From Toensbergia leucococca (Eukaryota), in NCBI GenBank assembly GCA_022813965.1, contig JALDZS010000045.1, forward strand, positions 124,001-145,182: a stretch of DNA of 21,182 nucleotides. The letters are read 5' to 3'. Under the pieces are notes generated by a model. That model was not told the DNA's origin. It ran no database searches and worked only from the letters and a program-made list of their open reading frames with translations. Shown piece after piece: positions 10,463 to 20,590 of the stretch; positions within the stretch are counted from its first letter, which is position 1; every line of letters begins with the position of its first letter. The translations under genes and the position numbers were made by a program.

Positions 10463-11141
10463 TTTGGTGGTTGAAGTTGGAGAGTAGGTGATGGCGATGA
10501 TGATGATAATAGTGATGTCTACACTTTTAGAGTATTTACCTTATTTAGAAGTCTTATCCTATTCTACCTAGGTACGGATACCTACCTTAGTATTCTAATA
10601 TTCTAGTCCGCCATCCTTCGTCGGAGGTACGGAGCAGATTCAACTCCGAGTCCTCCAACCTATCTTCCAAATCCTCACCTCCCACCTCTATATTCAACTA
10701 GAAGCTTGTTTTGTCATGACTGAGATTAGAGGGAAGCATGGGACCAGCTGTCCACCATCGAGAGATCAAGGCCATCGAAACCCATACTGTAATCGCAATC
10801 TGGAATTGAGCCGATCTTTACGACGCGTCCCCTTGGTCACACTTGACGCCGTCAAGTCAAAGAGGCGGCGTGGGCTATGCTAGAGAAGATGACAAGATGT
10901 CGATTCAAGTCCTCGCGTTCGAGCCCAAGCTCACAGTTCCTGGCTGCTGGCGAGTGCTGGGACTATCTCAAGTCAGATCTAATGGTCCGAGGCCTTGTTC
11001 TTGTACTCTTTGATCCCATGTGCAACCTTCAATCTTGTCTACAATTCATCTCTTGGACTTAAGAAGCTAGACGTGGTCACTGGACCATTATATCTTGATA
11101 TCCGGATTCAACATAGGCTATGTGCGCTGTGTGATCAAGTC

Positions 11142-12029
11142 TCATGGTAATTTGATAGATGCTAGGTACAATAGGCCTACTACTGTAGCAGATTGGAGGA
11201 CAACATCTACCTTGAATCTTTGCGTCCCCACCGGGATTGGCTCGATATCAATGCTTGCACATTTGCTACATTGACTCGACCCATTTGCCAAAGTCCGCCA
11301 AGCTCCCGGATTGAATGAAAAGTCATAGGTTTGCGCCTGAATCTGCATACTCTGTGCAAATAAGCTTGTCACGTTATCCACGCCCGTCACCACCGCCTCA
11401 ACGGCGTATGCTGATGTATCGCTCTTCTGGAACGCCGTCGTCGCTGTTGTGGATATTTGATCATCTGCGATTTGGACGAAGTTGCTCATGCTCACGCAGT
11501 AAGAGAACCAGGGTAGTTGAAAGGGCCATTTTCCAGTGCTTCTTGCACCTCCTACGCACATTTCATGCTCTGCACAAGATCCCTCAATGCTATCTAAGGT
11601 ACGATCCTCGGGGCTTGAGCATATAATCATGTATGCCTGAGGGCTGATGTTGCGGCGACACATGGACCCTTCAAAATCAGGCCAATGAGCTTTGGTGCAA
11701 GTCGTCAAAGGAACTGAATTCCGTTTGCTAAAGTCATTAGAAGGAGAGATGGAGGGTCTTTGATGATTGTAATGAAGAACAGGAACGCGGTCGGAAACAT
11801 CGATACCGTCAATATCTTGAATACTGATGTCGAATGCGTCCTGAGGGCTACGGCTCGAAGCGTATTAAAACCACTGTTTCATCGCGGATAGTAGAGTCAC
11901 ATACTTTAAATCAGATTTTCCATCTCGGTCCGAATCTACAGCATGTGGGCTTGTTGGTTTTGCCGATGCATGTCTTAATTCAAGAGCCAAGGCAATGATC
12001 AACACGCCGACAACAAAACGCTGGTACAT
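11142..12029 (-). CDS. Secreted Cys-rich protein of unknown function with a propeptide and Kex2 site (276 aa, 2 exons)
   Basis: Exons 12029-11905 and 11847-11142 sum to 831 nt; intron 11904-11848 GTATGT..TAG. Signal peptide MYQRFVVGVLIIALALELRHASA, acidic pro-region ending DFSKR (11726-11721), and a mature part with 8 Cys. TATATA lies about 105 bp upstream. Confidence 0.8.
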
Positions 12030-13080
12030 GATAATGCAGAATCAAAGAAATCAATATGCATGTAATCAGAACCTGGGAGAAAAAGTATGGAAGTTGGAAA
12101 TGGGACCACGAGGCATAGTCGCAAATCGGGACTATATATTGCCATACCATACAAGACTTTACGCTTGTAGTTTCAGATGTTGACCTCCATACTCTTCAAT
12201 TGGAAATGGCAACAAATTTTCAAAGAAAAGTGGGATGTCATCAATTGTCCGATCCGTGGGGATATTTCTATCTGATCTGCAGCGCTGCCTTGCACTGTTG
12301 CGATATGCGCGAAACGTGACTGGTGGCCCAGGATTGAAATTCAAGACTAAGAATCATATGGTTAATAAGAAGATTAAAACTCCAGTTGTCCTCAAGTCTT
12401 CGGATACCATGGTGCAAGAAACAGCCATTCCAGCATAAACTGTACTGCACCTGGATGTGTCATGGCAGAGACAGATAATTTGACGAGCAGGGCTTCAATT
12501 TTCCTGCAATTCCCCATTCAATCGTGGTACCTCTCATCCAGTACTTGAGCGTAATAAATGTCACTCATATCATGCATCATTACATAGCCTTGGGTCGGCG
12601 GCGAAGGTAGGTATTGTCGCTTTTTCATTTGATGACAAGCATTCAAGTCCAAGATATCAGTCTGATTTTTCTATTTGTTGATGTTGTTTCCTCCAATGAA
12701 CGGGAATGCTTGTTGAGTTGAGATGATTGCATGATCAGTTCTTGTGGTAATACCTATGTATTAGGGCTAATCATCAGCCTCAGCCAGGGTGCTGTTCGCT
12801 TACCTGAATGTGCTCCAGCTATTTCTGCCACTAGGCATAAGGCCCTAAGGTACCTTAGTTCATGATTAGGGTTCATCTAAATCATGACCTCATTATGTTC
12901 CGAGACAAATTGTTATTGACGTCCTCCATTCCAAGGATGTGCACCACTTGTTGGACCACATCAAGCAGCGCAGTCTTGATTCCGTCCCTATCATAGATTC
13001 TGGGGGTCATGAGTGATTCCTCTCAACCATTACTGAGCGACCGACAAAGGTCACATAAACAAATTGATACCGATTCAACT

Positions 13081-14956
13081 ATGCATAAACTACCTGATAC
13101 TGAAGATGCACGAAAGAAGAAGGTCTTGATCGTTGGTGCTGGAGCTGCAGGTATGAGGGTGCTTACTCGCCGAGTCAACTGAATAGCTGACAGGCTCGAT
13201 GCTACAGGCATGTCTTGCGCTCAGCATCTGGCCCAGCATCCGGATAGATTTGACGTTACTCTTATCGATGCAGTTGATTACTGCGGGGGACAGGCTTTTT
13301 CTATCCCTATCGACAAAGAAGTTCACGGAGCGAGTTGGCTGAACCAAGGCGTACAAGGAGGGAGTAACATATTCCACCACACCATGACCATGTTTGCTCG
13401 CCAGGGCCATCATGCTGATCCAGTCAAGCTGCAGGTAAGTAATAGTCGGGTGCAGTAACAAGCGCAAATCTAACATAGCTTCTAGGTTTCCTTTGGCAAG
13501 GATGAAACATTCTGGACCAATGTATTCCCTACAAAGCTTTTGGCTCGTCATGCCAAAGAAATCAAGCGATTTGTAACCATGCTGTCAATCGTCCGCTGGT
13601 TTGAGGTCATCTTCGGTCTTTTACCGATCAAGTATCTGATGAAGATCTTCTTCTTTTCTGAAGAATTTGCGAATACCGTTGCTCTTCCCATGGTTGCCCT
13701 CTTTCTCGGTACTGGGAACTATACACCCGAAGTCCCTAGCATTGTCTTGGAACGTTTATGTACGAGCCCAACTTATGGCATGTGGTATCCTGCAGATAGA
13801 TTGAGTGTTGCTAGTAATCTGCCACCAATGGTCGTTTTCCCGAACTTCAGTGTTTTCTACGAAGACTGGCGAAAGAATCTTGTTGAAAGAGGAGTTCATG
13901 TGAGACTTTCGACAGAATTGACACGAGTGATGAAAAGAGACAAGACGGGTGTTACAGTTCGGCTGATTAAAAGAACTCCTGTGCCAGACAGCCACAATCC
14001 CAACAGCGTTTGGGCTACCAATGATCCAAATGACGCTGATAGAGATGCTGAAGAAGTCGAGGAGGAGTATGATGAGTTGGTTCTGTGTACTTTGTAAGTT
14101 TTCCGTCTCCGAATAATTGAGAAGATGCTGACGAGGAAACTGTAGAGCAGACACTTCCAAGAGACTCCTGTCTGACACGGCTACATATCGAGACGAGAAA
14201 GTTTTGGGAAACGCAAAGTTTGCCAATGATGTAACAGTAACGCATACTGATTCCGAATATATGAAACGGAATTACGAGAACTTCTACAACGCCGAGCAAG
14301 CCGTATCTGCCCTTGACGGCGTCGACCAAACCGTTCGTCTCGAGATGGCGAAAAAGTCCTTCAAGCCAATGTACATGATCAAACAATACCTCGAAGATGC
14401 CACCAAATTGGAAATGTGCTTCGATTGCACCAACTACCAAGCCCAATTTCCCCCGGAAGTCCCGTTCGAAAATCACGTCTTCCAGACCATATTCCTAAAC
14501 AACGACCGAGACAGCCATCTGTGGAGTAAACATGAAATCGACCCGAGCAAAATCATTCGAGAAGATTGGTGGCATCAGCTATGCCATTCCTTTACCCACT
14601 TCCTCTTCGTCGTTCCCTGGATGTGGCTCCTCCAAGGCCATTGCCATACTCGTTTCGCGGCCGCGTGGACCATGATCAACGCGCACGAAGTCGCCGTCAT
14701 GAGTGGTATTGCCGCTGCGGTAGACCTTGGCGCGACGTATCCGGAGGATTTGGAAAGAGATAAATTTGCGCTGCTCAGCTTTCGATTGTACTACCTTTTG
14801 GTCTATGGGCGTTGGTATCGGAAGAAGGCGGGCAAGGATGGAGAGGGAAAGAATTGGGCAAGTGGGCTTTATGGGAGCGTTTATCAGGGGCCGGGAGTGG
14901 TGGACGAGGAAAGAACGATTTGGCGGGAAGAGAAGAAGAAAGAGGAGGCAGTGTAG
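13081..14956 (+). CDS. FAD/NAD(P)-binding oxidoreductase, flavin amine-oxidase-like family (571 aa; 595 aa if the in-frame ATG at 13009 is used; 4 exons)
   Basis: Exons 13081-13150, 13208-13434, 13486-14093 and 14146-14956 sum to 1716 nt. Canonical introns 13151-13207, 13435-13485 and 14094-14145. Splicing restores the Rossmann motif KVLIVGAGAAGMSCA. Also DYCGGQA and C-terminal AAAWTMINAHEVAVMSGIAAA. Confidence 0.92.
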
Positions 14957-15560
14957 TAATCTTTTCTCATGCTTGGAGATTGAGAGAAGAAATTGGATTA
15001 CTCGGTTTGCATTGATAGTATTCGTGAGCGAAGCGTTGAGGCAAGAGGGCGTCGGGTGTAGGACTTGACTTGCATCTGCCATTTTTGTTGAGGGAAACAT
15101 AATGTTGAAGTAACAAAGTCGTGTACTGGTAGAATGCCAAGGTCATCATACAATACTCAGATGCTACTAATAATTAGAATTGTATCAAGCATCTCTTTTG
15201 TATGATCGGCGTGACTTATGGTGACCAGGAGCATAAGGTACATAAAGAATACGGTACTGTAAGCAAACTGCTAGCGTGTCTGAACCATTAGCTTTTCCAT
15301 GACAATCATACATACATCTTGATTAACATCTGTATAGCGTTTGACCTCATCACTTCTTCCTCATCTTTGATACATAGCTATGCTGCTTGGGTCTTCATAG
15401 TGCTTTGTGACCAAGATCACAAGACTTTCGTCCACAAATACTAAAGAGCGCGCCGAAGATCTTGAGGCCAAAGAGACGCGATATCGTTGGCTTTTACATA
15501 CCCTTCCCTCACCACGTTGACAAGCTATGATACGTTTTCTATGATCATCTCAGCTCTTTA

Positions 15561-15600
15561 TCTCTTCTCTCTCTCTCCCTCTCTCACGTCATGTGTGTGT
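15561..15600. repeat. Imperfect (CT)n plus (TG)n microsatellite
   Basis: tctcttctctctctctccctctctc followed by tgtgtgtgt. Confidence 0.6.
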
Positions 15601-16527
15601 ATGAGGGGTAGATGTTCGGGGTTCAAGGCATTTTCCTTGCTCCCTCAGTCATCTGTATAGGATTGCTTGTTCTTAATTGTACTTGCCTGTAGTCTTGTAC
15701 CACTCTTGCAATGATTGTCTCTCACAATCTGCGGAGCCCTACATGGAGTGTAGTAGAGATAGCGAGTCTTCAAGTCAATATTCAGTATATTGTGGCAGAC
15801 TGCCATGTTAGGACCTGCATTCACGCGATTCATCACAACGATCTATGTTTTCAAGACCTCACATACATCAACACCACAGAGCTAGCTGCACAAGAAAGGA
15901 ATTTTTGTAACGGGACAGCTAGAATGGCCGCTCAGAGCACTGAGCCTTTTCTCGCCGAACCATTTCCTTTCAATCCTTGATGAACTGTGACGCTCTTATA
16001 GTCCGGTCTGACGATGGCGTGGGCAGTTTGAAGGCTTGGATATAGACTCTGGGAGTTACAAGATGGAAAGCTCAAATTAAAAGGAAGAACCCGCTGTATG
16101 TGGTGGGTCTAGACCAAGGACTTGAGACTTCTCACCTAAAAAGCTACTGCATGTATGTCTGTCATGACCATTCTTTGTTACTTGAACATTGGTCTGAGAG
16201 ACTTATGATACAAGCGATCATTGACGCTAAGTGTTGACCTTGAGGAAGATCAGTACAAAAGAAACGACCAAAAGCCTGCAAGCCATGTATTGCTGGATTG
16301 TGAGGCACTTCGTTTGAAATCATTGCCTCTTCTCTATCTACTTCTCCACATTTACATGTCCCTGGGTAAAAAACGATGCAGGCGGGACAGTATCAGAATA
16401 GGTAATGGAATATTAGTACCATCACCTGAAATGATGCTTTTGACGTGGCAGTTTTGATGATGCCCACTTCTCATGTCTAGTCATTCTTCACCTTGCATCT
16501 AACCTCCTGCTAATACCGTACTCCTAG

Positions 16528-17220
16528 TCAAACTCAAGGAAATCGGCTCCGTACTACTGAATCACCTAAGATCCTGGAAAAGCACTAGCAAGCTTTGGAC
16601 GATTCTGCAGGATGTCGACATCTATAGCATTTAAACCTTTTACCGGAATGCAAGCTATGAGCTGTCCCGATATGTCAATCATGCTGCTCAGCTCTGCTTT
16701 CGGAGCATTGACTACATTGACCCTAGGATTTTTGACACCAACGTCTGCGCGAGAGACATCAATCACTCGATCGCTTTACCGCTACCAGCGAGCTTCATTA
16801 TGAATAATACAGTACGTTCCAATTTCAGTCAAGCGACGCTTCATAACAGATTGCAAGACCCGAGGTAAGTGTCAGATTGGCTAGAAGGTTTGTCCACTTG
16901 GACGACAAGCACCAAAGGTATTTCAATCTTTAAGTTTTCGTATCCTTGATAGCTTGCTCTGCTAACAATTAAAAGGTAATGGCAGCAGTCTACAGGGGTC
17001 ATTCTTGCGACATTTAATCGCCACGGCTCTGCGCTTCAAGCCAACGCTTGACAGGCGATATTCCGATTGGTCCGCGTCAATGGACAAGCTTAGATGATGA
17101 TGCTGATATAATGACTTCGCAGATCTTGTCATCAACTTAGTCCCATCGATCTACAGGCTCTGCATTATCGAGATGCTCAATGTGCTTACCGTTGAGCAGC
17201 GAAGCCAATCAACTCATAAA
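16528..17220 (+). pseudogene. Possible decayed spliced gene relic, family not recognised
   Basis: Branch GCTAAT (16509) plus acceptor TAG (16527), then about 112 codons with one TAA (16632), ending at donor GTAAGT (16865). A second branch GCTAAC (16961) with AAG (16975) follows. Downstream frames contain several stops. Confidence 0.3.
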
Positions 17221-17507
17221 CCCTTCCCTGCTCTGCTGCCTTTAATTCTCCACCCCTAATTGATGCTGCCGTGTAATCACACCCAAAGAAAAGCGAAGTA
17301 ACGCTACTGCACCCCTGACAGGTCTCGTTTGTCTATGTCTATGCGTCGCATCGTTCCCAATCGAGCATCATGATATCACGTCCCATGTCAAGGTCTCGCT
17401 TTCATGGGCCTTCAGCTTCTATACTAACAGTTCGACTTTCGTCTTGTTCGATCCTCCTAACATGTCCAGGTTGAGCGAAAAACACGCTAGAATTGAGAGA
17501 TCAAGTC

Positions 17508-19571
17508 ATGTCGCGAGCATGGTCCGATGACGAGCAGGAAACACTGTTCAACAATGACGCGTATTCTACCCGCAGAAAAGAAAGCCATGTCCTTTGCTAA
17601 TTATTGACAAGCCTATCGATAGAGACAGACTACGGGACCTTGAATTCAAGTAAATCACCCAGCGCTGAAGAGGAAGAGCGTCAACTTTCGGCATGCACAA
17701 CAGTGTGCGGCGATGAAGGGCATGAAAACAAGGTGCCCGCCGAGAGTCAGTTCTTGGGCGGGCTTAGCAAGAAAAGGTTCTGGCTGCTTTTTGTCTGCAT
17801 CATATGGAATGAATTTGTAAGTGCTTGAAGATATCTGCTAGATTGCTCGGCTGGATGATCAATGCTTGAAGACATAAGAGGCATGCTGAGTCCCTCACTA
17901 ACACCATCTAGGTATCCCACTTCGACTCGACACTTATGGTGTCGCTTCACCCAGTCATAACATCTTACTTCAACTCATCGAACTCTGCATCGTGGCTGTC
18001 TACTGCCTTTCTTATAACCTCGACGGCATTCATGCCCCTGTTTGCCCCACTTTCCGACACCATCGGCCGCAGATTTGTTTGGCTTTTCGCGTCGCTGACT
18101 TTGGCCTTTGCGATCGTATGGTGTGCCGTCGCAGCAGATATCGGTAGTTTCATAGCAGCTCGAGCGCTGTGTGGCCTGGGAGCGGGAGGTACCATGTCAA
18201 TGGGGGCTATCATAATCAACGATCTTGTCCCAATCGAGACCCGAGCGACATATCAATCGATGATGATTCTCGCCTTCGGAATTGGACAGACCTCTGGCGC
18301 TGCGCTTGGAGGTCTTTTGTGTGACACGATCGGATGGCGTTGGTCTTTTGGGATACAAGTTCCCGGGGTCTTGCTCTGCAGCTTAGCGTCTTACCTCGCA
18401 ACACCAAGCGACTTGGGACCTCGGCGAGCAAAACATGCAAAGAGTGCTTTTCGAAGCTTGATGAAGACACTCGATCTAGCTGGGCTAATATTCTTAGCAC
18501 TCTCAGTCACCTGTCTCATCCTATTTCTGAATCTCGGCGGAAACGTGTTCCCATGGTCCCATCCCTGCATCATAGCCTCCCTCGTCACAGCTCTGGTCAG
18601 TATGTGTTGTTTTGTTCGCGTTGAGTCTAAAGCTTCCAACCCCATAATGCCCGCTAGACTTCTCATCACTCGACCAAGAGGATATCTCAATTTCTTAAAC
18701 TTCTGCGGGAGCCTGATTGTGAGCGCCATCATTTTCAACATCCCCCTCTACTTTGAGGTAGTAAGGGGGGACTCTCCCACAGTAGCGGGTCTTCGCCTTA
18801 TTGTCCCATTCCTCGCGCTCCCCGTCGCCGGCTTTGTTAGCTGCATGGTCATCAACTCCAGAGTTTGGATTCGACCCGCCATCATCTGCGGCACGATCAT
18901 GATGCTCACTGGCGCCATCTGTCTCGCTTGTATGGGCCGAAAACTGTCCAGTTGGGTCACTCTCGTCTTTCTCGTTCCGTCAAGCGCGGGTATGGGCATC
19001 GCGTTTCCCGCTATCAATCTCTGTCTGCTCCGAACAAGTCCGCCGGGAGAACATGCCATGGTCACCAGCACGATGTTCCTTATACGGCGCTTGGGCTCGG
19101 TAATAGGGGTTGCGCTTAGTACGCTGGTGATGCAGGGTACACTCTTATCATATCTTCAGAAGTTGATTACCGGCTCCCATAAAGCAGAGGTATACATTCA
19201 CTCGTTCTCTTCCATTTCAATGAATCCCGACTTCCCTTTCAATGTACGCAGAACTTCAGACTAATGACGTCCCCTGAAACAACTCAGATCATCTTACAAA
19301 TTCGCGAATCCGTCCGCTCTATCCCTGACCTCTCCCCTAGCCATCAAGAAGAAGGTAATTGAACTCTCTCAATTTCCTGTCGCGACTTTTTGCGTTACCA
19401 TAGAATTGATACTGATAAGCCACCTTTTGAACAGCCATTACCGCCTATTCAGCCGCGCTGCGGGTGGCGTTTGCGAGCATGATCATCGTTGGAGTTTTGC
19501 TTGTTGCGGTTGCCTTACCGGTTAGGCTGCCCGATGAGGATGTCACTGAGGAGCGCGCTGCGCAGGCGTGA
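17508..19571 (+). CDS. MFS transporter, 14-TM DHA2 / Vba-like family (579 aa, 5 exons)
   Basis: Exons 17508-17560, 17612-17816, 17912-19189, 19288-19354 and 19435-19571 sum to 1740 nt. Introns 17561-17611, 17817-17911, 19190-19287 and 19355-19434. Motifs FDSTLM..HPVITSYF..ASWLSTAFL, LSDTIGRR, ARALCGLGAGG, DLVP..R..YQ, GAALGG, WRWSFGIQVP, NLGGNVFPW, PLYF; many hydrophobic helices. Exon 1 is the least certain. Confidence 0.9.
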
Positions 19572-19758
19572 AAAAAAGTGATACGATATATTCATATAGA
19601 TCAGTAGGGACGGTGAAGATAATCAGGGTGACTTGTATAAATAAACGTTGTTAGTCCTCTAAGGCTATATAAAAAAAGTTTCTGTCTCTTCAAATAGTAA
19701 ATATCAATCTATAAATATGCTTCTCTCTATTTAAATGCAATAATTTAAAAGAGGCTCC

Positions 19759-20491
19759 TAATATCCCGACACCCCATTTCGATATGCCGACACAACCCCC
19801 CCTACCATTACCCGATTAGGCATTAGTGCGCCCTAGGCTCGATGTCGACCATAGGGGATCATCGCGATTTCGCACCACATTTGCACCCAATTCTCGACCT
19901 CTTTTGCATGCCATCTACCTCCTCAGTTGCATGCTATTTAGTAGCAAGCTTTGCCTAGGGCATCTTCATGATTTTCCACCATGTCCTGACTCGATTCCCC
20001 TCACCCCCAGGCGCACAATCACCCCCCTGAGCGCAAAAACATCGCAATTTTGCGACCTACATCCTGAATGCTGTAAACAGCCCCCCATCCACCTGAATAG
20101 CACGAACCTCCACCTCATCAGCCCCGATACAAGCCCCCATACCTCGCCCCCGGCCACCATGCCCCCGGCCTCGCCCTCAGTCCCGGCCTGCCTGAAGACA
20201 TGATGAGGTAGGAAATCAGGTTGAAATGAGGTAGGAATTTGGGGCGAAATGAGGTGCGAAACCACGATAATTCCCTAGGTGATATGGCTTCTAGATGGCA
20301 CGCGAATGGAATAAGTACATGGCTTGCATGGTGGTTGAGAATCAGGTGCAAAATTGGTGCGAAATCATGATGATTCCCTATGCTGCATCGCGCTCGGGGC
20401 GCACTGTTGCCTAATTGGGTAATGGTATGGGGTGGGGGTCGGGTTGTCAAAATGGGGTGTCGGATTATCGAAATGGGGTCTAGGGATATTA
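19759..20491. mobile_element. Non-autonomous foldback / MITE-like element with long imperfect terminal inverted repeats
   Basis: Arms at about 19759-19980 and 20255-20491 are reverse complements. Shared blocks: TAATATCCC, ACCCCATTTCGATA (19771 vs 20466-20479), TACCATTACCC, ATTAGGCA, AGTGCGCCC, GATTTCGCACCA (19866 vs 20355-20366), CCTAGGG. TA at both outer ends; no transposase inside. Confidence 0.7.
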
Positions 20492-20590
20492 TCCCATCGT
20501 CCGTCACTCGGGTGGTCTAATTAGCGTACTCGCGTAACAGGGGTGTTCTATTGGTCAGATCACTGAATATCACGATTAATTACCTCAATT

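Noticed and set aside
8806..10474. Gly/Arg/Trp-rich and Pro/His-rich ORFs overlapping the two hydrolase genes
   Set aside because: By-products of the strong G/C strand skew, which suppresses stop codons in other frames.
12159..12450. Short ORFs between the secreted-protein and oxidoreductase genes
   Set aside because: No family resemblance or gene structure I can support.
16660..16770. RYVNHA...ARDI resemblance to a SET-domain motif in the relic
   Set aside because: Lacks the NHSCxPN and GEELxxxY signatures; too weak to name.
19620..19758. AT-rich, TpA-rich stretch as a possible RIP-degraded fragment
   Set aside because: Too short, and equally consistent with the MFS 3' UTR and terminator.
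19826..20507. ORFs of 99-129 aa inside the inverted-repeat element; the 23-bp repeats as a CRISPR-like array
   Set aside because: The ORFs have no transposase motifs and arise from low-complexity repeats. The repeats are contiguous tandem units in eukaryotic DNA with no spacers or cas genes.
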